Positions 11,775 through 25,049 of a stretch of 64,000 bases of DNA are shown here, one piece after another. The position numbers and the translations under genes are program-made. The notes beneath the pieces were generated by a model. That model was not told the DNA's origin and ran no database searches. It saw only the letters and a list, made by a program, of their open reading frames with translations. The stretch's first letter is position 1. Each line of letters opens with the position of its first letter. Origin of the DNA: Octopus sinensis (lineage: Eukaryota); the NCBI RefSeq assembly GCF_006345805.1, contig NC_043002.1:90582001-90646000 (forward strand). Reading direction: 5' to 3'.

Positions 11775-12290
11775 TGCCAGCTTCCTCAGGCCCCTGTGCT
11801 GGTGGCATGTAAAAAGCACCCACTACACTCACAGACGTTAAATGATGATGATGATGATTTATATATATATCTGGCAGTGTTTCTACAACTGGATGCCTTT
11901 CATAATACCAACCACTCCATGAGTGTAGTGGGTGCTTTTTACATGCCACCAGCACAGGGGCCAGAGGAGGATGGTAAACGGCCACAATTGGTTGGTGCAT
12001 TTTACATATCACTGGCACGGACGCCAGTCGGGTAGCGTTGGCATCAGCCGTGTTCAGATGGCGCTTTTTAGGTGCCACCGGCACGGGTATCATAACTACA
12101 ATTTCCATTTGATTTTTGTTTTTGATGTTGAAGTTGACATACATGACTCAATAGGTCTCCTCAAGCACAGCAGGCCACTCTATGATCCAAGGTTAGCACA
12201 GCAGGCTGTCCTGCGAGCCATGAACTCATTTCATTTGTTGGGTCTTCATAGTCACAGCATATCTCCAGAGGTCTCGGTTTTTCATCATAT
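11775..12290. mobile_element. Cluster of RTE 3'-UTR (family F) fragments in both orientations
   Basis: 'gtgctggtggcatgtaaaaagcaccc' motif on + at 11795-11825 and reverse-complement copies at 11870-12100. Confidence 0.65.
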
Positions 12291-13734
12291 ATATATATAT
12301 ATATGACAGGTTTATTTCAGTTTCCATCTACCAAATCCAATCATAAGGCTTTCGGCAGCCTGAGGCTACAGTAGAAGACACTTGCCCATTGCCCAAAGTA
12401 CCATGCTGTGAGACCTTCAATGATTCATACGTATATAAATGAATTCATACTCTTGTGCACAAACACACATGCACACATGCACGTGCACACACACACACAC
12501 ACACTCACAGAGTATGATAATTGTAAGCACAGACATGCACATATGCATGCACACATTTGTGTTCATATTCCCACGCATGTTTATCGATAACAACACTAGC
12601 GCTTCATTTCATGTTGGTTTAGTTATTTCTATACTCTTTCCAAATTCCTAATCAACAATTCAGGAAGATCATGACTTATATGGTCTCCCATAGCAATAAT
12701 GTTAATTTGTATTTTTTTCTAATAATTTAGTTAATTATTATATCACTAAAGGTTAGAGCTGTAGCAGATAAATACTTTAGAAACTGCCAATAACATTGCA
12801 AGAATCTGTTTAGGAAACTGCTTGTATAGGAGACTGAAGCAATTGTGCATTGGCAACGATAAGATCAGAAAGAAAAATTATGGCTAAGAACATTAGATCT
12901 GACATTAGTCTGCAATTCTTAAGGAAGAACTTTGTAACAAGAATTGTAGTGTGTGTTTAGTAAATGGAAGTTGACAACTGTCTTTAATAATCTATCACGG
13001 TAAAATATGATGAAGGACTACTTAGATTGGTTTGCTACTTAATATCACTTCAACATGACTCTTCAAATATGGTTTTCATTCTACCATTGTTCTTCATGTT
13101 TCATAATTCTTACAAGAAATACAATAATAAAAATGGCTATGATATAGAATTCTGTATATCTTAATGTGAGTATATTGTAGAAAGCTGGAAAATTGTAGCA
13201 TTCATCTCCAGAATTCAACTAATATAGACATATAATGTGAAGTACACCTGTAGTTGACAAACAGCATCTAGCAGCAGTGATGGAATTGCAAAATCTAGAT
13301 TTCTGCTCCTCTGAGCATCACCACTAGCAAGTGTCCACCAGCAACTGCAACTAGACAAATTTAATCTCTACGGATACAGAAAAGCAGTGATTTACAAATC
13401 ACAGGCTGTACAGTTTAATTTTGTAACAATGAAAATGAAACTAGATTTATTGAGAATGGTTAACACTAGGAAGAAATAATGTTCATTGGTGTTGTTGTTT
13501 AACTACATGTCACTTCAGTCCAGGCTGAGCAGATCTATGATCAAAGATATTCCAGTGATGAGCTCAACTTCTTTCTCTTGGTACATTGTTTATCTAGGAC
13601 TGCACTATTCCATGTGCTCTTATAATAAAGTCAGTAGAGTAAACTCTGAAGAAAATGTTGCCGCCATTTATAGTTATTTAACGATCCCACTGAACCTCCA
13701 TTGGTGACTTTTAATAATATAACTTCTACTGTTC

Positions 13735-14225
13735 ACTGTGACCTGCACTGCACTATGTGACCCCTAATGCTCTATATTGTTTTCTGTGGTCTGTACTCTA
13801 CTATATACAGCACTGCTGTGTGTGACATCTAATTTTCTGTGATCTCCATACCATTTTAGATGATTTGTACTGTACTTTGTGACCTCTACTATTCTTGTGT
13901 AACCTGTGCTCTTCTATGTGATTTTCAATACTTTTTGTGAGCTCTACAGTTCTCTACTGTGACCTCAACTGTTCTCTAGACCTTGTACTTTTCTACATGA
14001 CTTTCATCATTTATGTGACCTCTTCTGTTCAATGTGACTTGTAGTTTGTGACCTCTTTGTTCTCTGTGGCCTTTCCTGTTTCCTGTGACCTTTAGCATTC
14101 ATTGTAACCTGTACTGCCCTCTATGAACTGTATTCTACTATGTGACCTTTGATGTTCTCCATAACTTATACAATTCTCTGTGACCTCCACTATTCTATGT
14201 GACTTGTACTCTATCATATGATCTC
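13735..14225. repeat. Degenerate minisatellite, ~17-21 bp unit 'tgtgacctctactgttct'
   Basis: 'tgtgacc/tgtgact' recurs at roughly regular spacing. Confidence 0.75.
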
Positions 14226-14426
14226 TAATACATTCTGAGATCTGAAATATAAGTAAGGAAGTTTCCAAACCTCACCCATGTTCTAATGATGAAGTTTTCT
14301 TCTCTAATAATTTTAGACATCTCTGTAATCTCTGTTGGGAGCTTTTGGCTTTTAATTCCATGGATAATCTCAGGTCATCTAGGTTTACATATATAAGACC
14401 TTACCATACATGTATTTAATATCCAG

Positions 14427-14573
14427 AATGTTCCTCTGAAGTGTTTTGCCTCAGCTTTGCTGTGATCTTCTCTAAGTTTTATTCTGATCAAGAAATCATC
14501 TGCACATATCACGCTGTATATATGAAGACATTCCTTAATCTCTAGAATAATATTATTAAATGTCAAAACGCTG
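14427..14573 (+). pseudogene. Exon-like 147-nt segment (phase 1-1) with one TAG
   Basis: Acceptor 'tttaatatccag', donor 'g|gttagt'; xCSSEVFCLSFAVIFSKFYSDQEIICTYHAVYMKTFLNL*NNIIKCQNA, TAG at 14543-14545. Confidence 0.3.
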
Positions 14574-14875
14574 GTTAGTAGGTACACTTTGACAGACATG
14601 CCTTGACAAATTAATTTTGCACATGTTTTCAATCCCCAAATGGAATTGCTTCCTCCCTCCTACAGGGTTTAATACTCTTGAGAAAAGATCAAGCATCACA
14701 ATTTCCTATTTCCTCTTTACTAAAAAAAAAGTTTAGGTTTCATCTTTCTTTACAGAAATCATTTCTTAGTCTAATATCTGGGTTTGAGAATGACATTCAC
14801 ATTTACCATGTATTGCTAAAATATGTTATGGTTGTTGATATATGAAAATAATTATTCTTGATGTAATGGCTTAAA

Positions 14876-15264
14876 TGGATGGAAGCACTCCGTCAGTTAC
14901 GACGACGAGGGTTCCGGTTGATCTGAATCAACGGAACAGCCTGCTCGTGAAATTAACGTGTAAGTGGCTGAGCACTCCACAGACACGTGTACCCTTAACG
15001 TAGTTCTCGGGGATATTCAGCGTGACACAGAGAGTGACAAGGCTGGCACTTTGAAATACAGGTACAACAGAAACAGGAAGTAAGAGTGAGAGAAAGTTGT
15101 GGTGAAAAAGTACAGCAGGGATCACCACCATCCCCTGCCAGAGCCTCGTGGAGCTTTAGGTGTTTTCACTCAATAAACACTCACAACGCCCGGTCTGGGA
15201 ATCAAAACTGCGATCCTATGACCGCGAGTCCGCTGTCCTAACCACTGGGCCATTGCGCCTCCAC
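14876..15264 (-). mobile_element. tRNA-derived SINE family C (tail type 1), full length
   Basis: Head 'gtggaggcgcaatggcccagtggttagg...gcagttttgattcc'; 11-bp TSD 'aatggcttaaa' at 14865-14875 and 15265-15275. Confidence 0.92.
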
Positions 15265-15482
15265 AATGGCTTAAAATTTACTGTAATGTATGAGGCTTAA
15301 GTGCTGTTGTTGTTTAACCTCATGCTGGCCCTCACAATACATAGTGAATTTTTACATTAAGCATGAAGCTTTAGATTCACAGAGAGTGACGGACACGATA
15401 AATAGTATTGGATGATATTTCCTGCCTGGTTTTAAAACTTTAACAATGTAAATGAAGTGATATGATAATCAATGTTAATTAA

Positions 15483-15790
15483 CCCCTTACCCGGCGGAAA
15501 CGAATATATGCGTTTTGACTGAAATCGTTTTTTTCTATCTCTGGCGAGTTAACTCGTCAAAAGATAGACTCGCCAAAATCAACAGCAAACGAGTTCCTTC
15601 GTCTAAAAATGGGTTAACTCGTTTCTGCCCAAAGCGGTAATTTAAAATCAATATTATTGAATTAAAATTCATAATAAATAAGGTTTGAAATATACTTCGA
15701 AATCACCATTCAAAACATAGTAAAATAAAACAATTAAAAAATATGTCTGAAAAAATACATTTATTTTCAAAATAATTGTTGGGTAAGGGG
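15483..15790. mobile_element. piggyBac-type MITE
   Basis: TIR ccccttaccc / gggtaagggg, each flanked by TTAA (15479-15482, 15791-15794). Confidence 0.85.
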
Positions 15791-16059
15791 TTAAAAGCCA
15801 GTTATACATAATGTACATTAGTATTAGCTTTTCACCATTCTTCTATGGGTATATGAGACATTTGTTTGTTTGTTTTTTTTTTTTTTTTTTGTCCTGTTAT
15901 CTTTCATAACATTATTTGGTTGATTATCCTTAATCTTTCTGTCAGTATCAGTTGACATATCCTGCTGTTATAATCTGCCATATAGGAAAACTCTGTAACA
16001 CCTGTGTGTGTGTGTGCATGTGCGAGGGGTGGGAATTACTGGAATAAAGTTTGTTTCTT

Positions 16060-16754
16060 GACATTCTCAGTTGAAATTCTACCAACTTTGATTTTCATCC
16101 CCCTGGAGTCAATACCTCTCATTTATTGAAATTGATTCACTTCAAGTCTGTAACCTTGTGGTGCCACAAGTAGCACTATTCATTGTGGGTCTTTACGTTC
16201 TGAGTTCAAATTCCATCCAGGTCAATGTTACCATTCATCCTTCTAGAGTTGATAAAATAAAATACCAGTCGAGTAGCTGAGATGAAGCAATTGAGTAACC
16301 TCCCCACCTTAAAATTGCTGTTCTTTTGTCTTAATCAGAAACTGTATTATTAGATTTGTTACCTCGCTGGGCACAATACTTAGTGGCATTTCATCCGTCA
16401 AGGTCAACTTTGCCGATTATCCTTCCAGGGTTAATAAAATAACTACCAGCTGAGCACTGAGGGTGGTTGATGTAATTGACTTACCCTGTCACCCAAAACT
16501 GTTGGCTTTGTGCCAAAATTTGAAATTATTATTATAATTATTCGAGCTGGCAGAAGTGTTAGTATGCCAGGCAAAATGGTTAGTGGCATTTTGTCCATAA
16601 TTATGTTCTAAGATCAAATTCTACTGAGGTCAACTTTGCCTTTCATCTTTTTGGGGTTGTTTGAATAAACACTAGTTACACACTGGGGTCAATATAATCG
16701 ACTTACCCCCACCTTCACCAAATTTCAGGTCTTGTGCCTATAGTAGAAAAGGTC

Positions 16755-16787
<33 letters not shown>

Positions 16788-17006
16788 GTAAGCTGGCAGA
16801 ACTGGACAAAATGCTTAGTGACATTCCATCTGTTTTTATGTTCAGAGTTTAAATTTCACCAAAGTCAGTTTTGCTTTGCATCTTTCTGGGGTTGATAAAA
16901 TAGTCACCAGTTGAGCACTATTTTATCCTCTTTTCCAAAATTTCAGGCCTTGTGCCTATAATAGAAAAGATTATTATTATCATTGTTATTGTTGTTATTA
17001 TTATTA

Positions 17007-17054
<48 letters not shown>

Positions 17055-17055
17055 G
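16060..17055 (+). mobile_element. Head-to-tail chain of ~5 SINE B copies separated by (ATT)n
   Basis: Repeated 'ttctgagttcaaatt...tttcatcc..ggggttgataaaat..taccag' units at about 16060, 16190, 16365, 16545 and 16786. Confidence 0.8.
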
Positions 17056-17592
17056 TTTATTTGTTTTGGATTTTAATTTAAAAGTAAACAAACAAGACCT
17101 ATTGGCTGAGTTGGGTATAAAATGAAAACATTTAAGTGGTTCTTCATCGATTCTCATTGATTATCTTACCATTCCTGTTACTCTGGAAATGCAGCAGAAT
17201 AGAAAGAATTCTGGCTTAAAATCAAGATTTTGATATTTTTTAGTGAGGTGATATTTTATTATCATAGAGAAAAAAAAATATTAGGATGATATTTTTTTTC
17301 TTAACAATATTTCAAACATTGATTTTTTTTTAGACATAAAAATCACTTTGTCATAAACAAAAATTGCAGAGTGTTGAGGAATCTTGTTTAGTAAATGGAA
17401 ATCATTGTTTATGAGAGAGCCAAAGGTTCCCAATTTCTCTCTTAATTCAACTAGTAAATAATAAGTTGACCAAAATACAATTTTCCTCTTAAAACATCTA
17501 TTTAAATTCAATTTTTATATATTTGAAATGAAAGCCTGCCATATATGTGTAAATATCAATATTCTCATATGTGTTTCTGTGAATGTGTTTGC

Positions 17593-17623
<31 letters not shown>

Positions 17624-17889
17624 GGGTTAATATAAGGTATTTGCGCAGTTTTAAATTTGTATAACTTTAATTCTGTATTGACAGAATTATCTGAATAAAT
17701 GAGAAGTGAAAGAAATTATTACATTTTTAAATAGATTTATTCTTGAGGTGGTTAATTTTTAGCATACCCAATATTATTACATATGCAAACCATTATAGGA
17801 TTCTGAAGTTCAAGAAATGATTTTTGCAGCTGATTTTCCAATAATTCAGTGAATCACATTAAATATTCTAGCCTCCAAGTCATCAATAG

Positions 17890-18144
17890 CAGTGGTCCTC
17901 AATTTTTTCTTTTCCATTTTTGCACCACAAACTGGTTGGTTTCGTGCAAGACAATTCTTTGCACAGCCTGGGGAATCATGTGCATAATTTAATTATTACA
18001 TATATAATGCATATATAATGCAAGTGCACCCTACTGACTGCAATAGCCAATAAAATAGAAACAAAATTTTAAAATTTATTCGTATTGTGTAGCCTGGTAC
18101 CAAATGATCCATAGCCTGATGGTTGCAATAGTTGGCGACCCTGC
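17890..18144. mobile_element. hAT-like (Charlie/MER-type) non-autonomous DNA element
   Basis: Ends 'cagtggtcctcaa' and 'ttggcgaccctg'; internal 'ggtttcgtgcaagacaatt'. TSD not recognisable. Confidence 0.5.
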
Positions 18145-18179
18145 TCTATATGTGTGTGTGTGCGTGTGTATGTGAGTGA

Positions 18180-18224
<45 letters not shown>

Positions 18225-18420
18225 GATGTCATAAATATTCATGAACGTCAAAAGAACCTGAATTTTTTTTTAGAATGGTGAAACTCAAAGCCAAAGCTAT
18301 AAATAATAGTGCTTAAATATTAGTTTAAAAAACCCTTCCAGAAGAAAATCTCAAAGGATGCTCATGGGACTGCACTGGTATACACACACCCACCCACACC
18401 CATATATGTATACACACACA

Positions 18421-18462
<42 letters not shown>

Positions 18463-18897
18463 TACACATGCATACTCATATATATATATATATATAATAT
18501 ATATATATATATTATATATATATATATACACACACATACACATGCATACTCATATATATATATATAATATATATGATATATAGTGTACAGTGTGAATGTG
18601 TGTGTAAATTGAATTTTGTACTTCGTTTTGTTTATTTGGTTGAACTAACAAATTTCCAGTCTTTTAACCAATTTAATGTTGAGTTGTTCAGGTTTATTTT
18701 TTTGTTTCTAATGGTGAATTTTGATTAGCATTGAAAGAGAATATATTGTTTTATACACACAGACACATAAATATATATATATAAAGAATAGGAAAAGTAA
18801 TTAATTTTTTTTTATTTGTAGCCATCTTTGAGAGTTTGAAATTGAAGTGGATCAATTTTCAGAGTGATAGACACTGAGAAAATGGATTTAAATATAG

Positions 18898-20020
18898 ATG
18901 CATGGCTGTGTGGTTGAGAAGCTTGCTTCCCAATCATGAAGTCATGGGTTCAGTCCCACTGCATTGTACTTCACCTTGGGCAATTGTCTTCTACAATATC
19001 CTTAGGGTGACCAAATCCTTGCGAGTGGATTTGGTTGACAGAAACTGAAAGAAGCCCGTCATATACATACACACCTACATATATACATACATAAATACAT
19101 GCATGCATGCATACATACGTACATACATACATACATACATACATACATACATACATACATACATACATACATACATACATACATACCAGGCATGTGCCAT
19201 CATTAATTACTCAGAGTAGGCAGTTGGTGAACTTTATGTAGTAATATACACAAAAAATAAACAAAACACATATGTGCGACTGAGTCGAAGGCAGATTTAC
19301 TTCTGCCTTTATAGCATGTAAAGAAAACGTTGTTGTAGGAATGCATGCAGCACATGTGCTACAGCAGTATTGTGCATAGCTTAAATACTGACATTGAAAG
19401 GCAGGGGTGAATTATGCCTACCTAATCTACAAAAAATTAAAATATTTTGCATTTTATGCATAGTAATCAGAGTAACTGTCATAATTTTATTGAATTAGGT
19501 ACATATTTTGCCATACAAGGAAAATGTTACTATCGATCTATTTTATTCAAGGTAGGTACTACCAACCTTGCCTACCTAGGTAGCACATTCCTCACACACA
19601 CATACACACACACATATGCATAAATACATGCATACATAATCAGACATGCATATATGCATACATACCTACATGCATGCATACACACATACATACACACATA
19701 CATACATACATGCATACATACATACATACATACATACATACATACATACATACATACATACGGATGGACGGATATACAGGCAGAGAGACAAACAGATGTG
19801 AGTGTGAGTGACTTTGTGTTTGTGTTATGTTTGTCCTTCCCACTCCTTGACAACTGGTATTGGTTTGTTGACATCCTCATAACATACTGGTTCTGCAAAA
19901 AGAAACTGATAAAATAAGTGCCAGGCTTAAAAGTAAGCACTCATAGATAGAGATACTTGATTAAACCCTTCAAGGTGGTGCTCCAGTATGGCTGCAGTCC
20001 AATGACTGAAACAAGCAAAA
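18898..20020 (+). mobile_element. SINE family A split by expanded (TACA)n tracts and ~400 bp of other DNA
   Basis: Head and body at 18898-19060, 3' half at 19790-20020. Confidence 0.65.
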
Positions 20021-20334
20021 GGCATTCAATGTAGTCACTAACAACTTATAAAATCTTTTTCTTAAACTTTTGTGCTCTTTCTTGGAAACCAAATGACTAA
20101 ATGTTGTTAATGAGTTCTTTCATAGCTTATAAATAATATTCTATCTTTCAGTATGTTATATCGCATGTTCTGATGACCTCTACTCAATTCCCAACATCTA
20201 GACTTCTCTCTCTATATCTACGTATTGGGCTAGCCGACTTCATCATCTGGGGGCGTCCACACAACACAGTAGTTTTCTGACTCGGTATGATCTCTTAGAT
20301 ACACACATGCACATATATGTATGTATGTGCTGGT

Positions 20335-20735
20335 CTATCTCTGACTGTGGAGGAAACCTGTGGAAGCAGTAGACCCAAGAAGACATGGGATGAGGTGGTG
20401 AAACATGATCTTTGAATATTAGGCCTCACAGAGGTGATGACAAGTGACCAAAACCTTTGGCAGTATGCTGTGTTTGAGAAGACTTCTCAAGCCAAGTGAA
20501 ATTCTAGTTGTGGCAGATGCTGGTGTCACATGACTGACACTTGTGCTGGTGGCACATAAAAGCACCCATTACACTCTTGGGGTGGTTGATGTTAGGAAGG
20601 GCATCAAGCTGTAGAAACCATGCCAAATCAGTCTGGAACTTGGTGCAGCACTCGAGCTTACCAGTTCCAGTCAAGCCATCTGACCCATGCCAGCATGGAA
20701 AGCAGATGCTACGTGATGATGATGATGATGATGAT
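20335..20735 (+). mobile_element. RTE-clade LINE 3' end (ORF2 C-terminus + 3'UTR + (GAT)n)
   Basis: Translates to LTVEETCGSSRPKKTWDEVVKHDL*ILGLTEVMTSDQNLWQYAVFEK, matching the RTE GRGRPRKTW...D.L...D...W C-terminal motif, followed by the family F tail. Confidence 0.8.
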
Positions 20736-21074
20736 AGATGTATGTATGTACATATGTATTTAACAAAGTAGAAGAGTTAAAAAACACATCCACATTGACA
20801 TTAAACTAACACATGATAATTAGTAAAAACTAAAATATTTTTATTACAATATTGACTGGACATAGAGGACAAATTATATTTATTTCTTTGAGAATTTATA
20901 TGTATGCATTTCCTTTTACAATAGATTTTACAATAGAGAAAGCCACTTATAGACTATAGTGTTTTTAATGAACAAGACAACAATTAGAATTAATTGCATA
21001 TTTTGACAGCTCCACTTATAGATTAGACAAGTATAGTGTGAATCAGTTCTTCCATATCATCTATGAATACTGTT

Positions 21075-21330
<256 letters not shown>

Positions 21331-22426
21331 TTATCTGTATACATATATACATTATGGAAAATGGATGTTTAATGATGATGGTACACATGCACACACTCTC
21401 ATATATATCCAATATACTTCATTGACAGGCAAGTTATTGAAGTGTTCGTTTGAGTTACCATCTCTTATGAAATACCCTGTGTTTAAAATCTACTATTTAT
21501 GTCGGATGGTGATGTAAAATCATCCAAGTAGCGACTGGCAAGAGCACTAGATATGTTTCAGCCTAGTTGGGCCTTTTCAATGATACATACTCACTGCCAA
21601 CCATATACCTAGTTGAGATTTACTGCTGTCACCAATATAAGAAACAGAGAATAAAGCATTCACTGGTACTGTGAATAGTTTGCCTGGCCGAATAAAAATT
21701 CAGTTTATTCAATTGAAAGCAAAGTAGTATCAAATTAAAATAGCCATCTATGTATCATACTTAATGTATATACATTGTTGAGAGGCAAATAATTGTGGTA
21801 TTCATCTGTGGTAACATCTCTAATGGATGTTCTATATTTAAAAACAATATATTAGAGGGAGATGAGAAATCATTCCAGCAGCAGGTAATGAGAGTACCAG
21901 ATTCATTTGGCATATCACTGATGTGTTTGGGTCATATCATTTTGGGTCTTATCAATGATGTGTACTCACAGCTAGCCATGTGGCTAGATGAGATTTGTTG
22001 CCTCTAATATAGCAAATGGTGAATAAACACTCTTCGTTCTTAACCAAAATATATTTAAATTTACCTCCACACATTAGATCTATTAATTTAAATATTCTCT
22101 CCTCTACAAGATTTTAACTCTAAATAGAAAAGTTATATGCACTCATTGTCCTAATTACTTTCATATCCCTAAGTTTTCCTAAAATAATCCAAATTCCATA
22201 ATAAACAAACCCCGATATTTTAGTAACTGGCTTCACAGTAGTTAATAAAGATGCTCTAGTCACACTTAATGCTTTGTTTGCTGAAGCTGCTATTTGTCTG
22301 TTTACTTTTCTTTGCTTCAGCTTTTATAAGGTACCTTTGTGTAACTTGGTTCAAAAAATGTTTTAGAATACAACAGTTCTTTTCTTTAACATAATTACCA
22401 TTCAGCTCTTCAGATTTAGCATTTAA

Positions 22427-23195
22427 CCCTTAAATGGTGGGCATCATCAATTGGTGTTTCATTAGAGAACAGCAGACATCATCAATTAAGCATTTGTTTA
22501 GTTGAGTGTGTCTATGTATATGTAGCCTTAATCAATAGGAAAATCAAATCGCAAATGGAAGATTTACACAGTAATGAAATAGTTTTTTTCCGACTTTCTT
22601 ATCAGATGTGGTAGATTGATAATAATGATGTCCTAAGTAGCACAGAAGAAAGCAATGCTTCAACTAGTTTCAGGTAGAGAAAGTACTCCGATTTTTGTCC
22701 ATTTGTACAGTAATTTGACAATAACAATGTGGGAATCTCAAATGATTTTATGCTCACACTAAATGAAAAGAAAAGTGAATATTTTATAGCACTAGGGTGG
22801 TGAGCTGGTAGAATTGTTACCACACTGGGCAAAATGCTTAGTAGCATTTCATCTGTCTTTGCATTCCAAGTTCAAATTTTGCTGGGGTTAACTTTGCCTT
22901 TCATCCTTTCAGGGTCAATAAAATAAGTACCAGTGAAACACTGGGGTTGAAGTAATCAACTTAACCCCTCCCCAGAATTTGCTGGCCTAGTGCCAAAATT
23001 TGAAGCTTAAATTTAGATAATGAGATTGTAAATTTTATTTGTGTGAGGGCTTAACAATTATTATAGTATTTTTGTACTTATTTATTTAAAGTGAAATTAA
23101 GAATAAAAATTACCCTAAGGAAAGAGAGGTATTTGTTTTTGTTTTGGGCCCATTTAGTGCACACATTCATGTTACCTTTTCCTGCCTTTTAAGGG
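22427..23195. mobile_element. piggyBac-type non-autonomous element containing a SINE B insertion (~22795-23010)
   Basis: TIR ccttaaatggtggg versus the reverse complement of cctgccttttaaggg; TTAA at 22423-22426 and 23196-23199. Confidence 0.65.
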
Positions 23196-23764
23196 TTAAT
23201 CTCTCTTTGTCTTGATCTCTTCAGTACCTGATATTTTTTTACTATCAAATGTGTTATTCCAATTCCTTGGCCAATACTTTCACTTAAGATATTTTACTCA
23301 CAATTACAAAATTACTGTTCACCAGCACTTTAATGCTATTCATTCAACTCACTTAGGTATTGTCTAACTTGTACTAATTAAAGACTGAATGTTTTATGTC
23401 ATTAAGTGCCAACCCTCTAATCTTTCTAATAATGATGTTAATTACCTTCGATCTCTGATTTTCAAAACAAAAATCTAGTATCAAACTCTAAGTTTTATCC
23501 ACAAAACTTTCCACTGATTTTTAGAACAAAACATGTCATTTAAAACTTACAACTATTTCAGATTCCCTATATTTTGTTCATTTCATCATCAACATGCTTA
23601 AGTCCTTAATTCCCTATTATGAATCACATTTAAGTTCCCTGTATAAACATGCTCTTATTCTTCATTGCTAAAACCAGGAGTTTGACAGTGACATGAACTT
23701 AGACAAGTCTCCTTGAAATTTTCCATGTCTAGCCTAGATATGTATTTATTATAATTAAGTGCCA

Positions 23765-24105
23765 GTGACACGTGAATGGCACTCATGAATTGTAGTCATG
23801 GTTGCTGTCGGTGCTATGTAAATGGCACCCATGCATTGTAGTCATGGTTGTTGCTGGGGCCATGGAAATGGAACCTGTGAATATCATAGTCGTGGTCGTT
23901 GCCAGTGTCATGTAAATTGCACCCGTGCTGGTGGCATGTAAAACACCCATTACACTCCTGGAATGGTTGATGTTAGGAAGGGCATCCAGCTGTAGAAGCC
24001 ATACCATATTAGAGTGGAACCTAGTGCAGTTCTCCGGCTTATCAGCTCCTGTCAAACCATCTAACCCATGCCAGCATGGAGAGTGAACATTAAATGAACA
24101 TGATT
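23765..24105 (+). mobile_element. RTE 3'-UTR (family F) with ~45-bp internal tandem repeats
   Basis: Three 'tgtagtcatggttg...atgtaaatggcacc' units followed by the F tail. Confidence 0.7.
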
Positions 24106-25049
24106 TCCTACCGATCCATTGGTTGACATGAATGGCTAACACATAATTTCAGTTCTTGAACTTTGTAGATGACTCTGTATATTCTTATTCTAAAAAATTG
24201 TATTTAATTGCATATTAACTATAGATTTATCAACCGAAGGCGCTGTTATAATCTTTTTCTAGACCATTTTTGGCCTAATCCTTTGCATCTTTAAATCCAT
24301 GACTGCAAAAACCATTAATTAAAAAATGAGCAACTATAATGTTATTAACACATATGCTTTTTAATCTTTCAAATATTCTAAATGAATACAATCTCAGCAA
24401 AACATAGCATTCATACAACTTCCCTTTTGTATAGAATCCATTAAGCCCCTTCTACATTATCTGTAAATCTTTACATATTTTTTTACTATCATTCATTCTC
24501 TTACCATGGCTATGTTGCTTTCTTACAATTAGCTGCGAAAAGAACATGAACAGTATTTTCCTTTTCACTATGTAACAGTATTTCCGCCCTCTTAACCCTA
24601 TCATTTAAGCCCAAAAGCTATAAACTGTAGTGTCCTAACCTCAAAATGTTCTCTCTCCTACAGTATTTGCTCAGTTGAGTTAGCTTCATCAGACACCTGA
24701 TCAATTATCTGTATCCATCACCACTTAAATCCTTCCTTATGTTTCTGGAAACGTTCATAAATATACTGCAACCTAGCTAACTTACTTAGCTGCCTACCTA
24801 TGACCATTGAGACAGTGATGCAAAGCTTGAGTAGTTTGACCAATTTATGTACTCCACATTTACTACAATATAACCATAAAGCAATAAAACCTCATTTGTA
24901 ATGAACATTTTAGCAGTTATGTGACTGGAAAAAAACCTTAATGAATCCCAGAACTTCACAATGTATACACTTGCTTGCATTACATTGTCCAACCACACTA
25001 TTACATTTATTTATATATGCATGGGTACATGGGTGTGTAGGCAAGTGAA

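Noticed and set aside
12750-18400. Ciliate-type genetic code (TAA/TAG = Gln) to explain the stop-riddled frames
   Set aside because: The DNA is filled with metazoan SINEs and LINEs whose ORFs use standard stops, TGA interruptions occur too, and stop density is near random.
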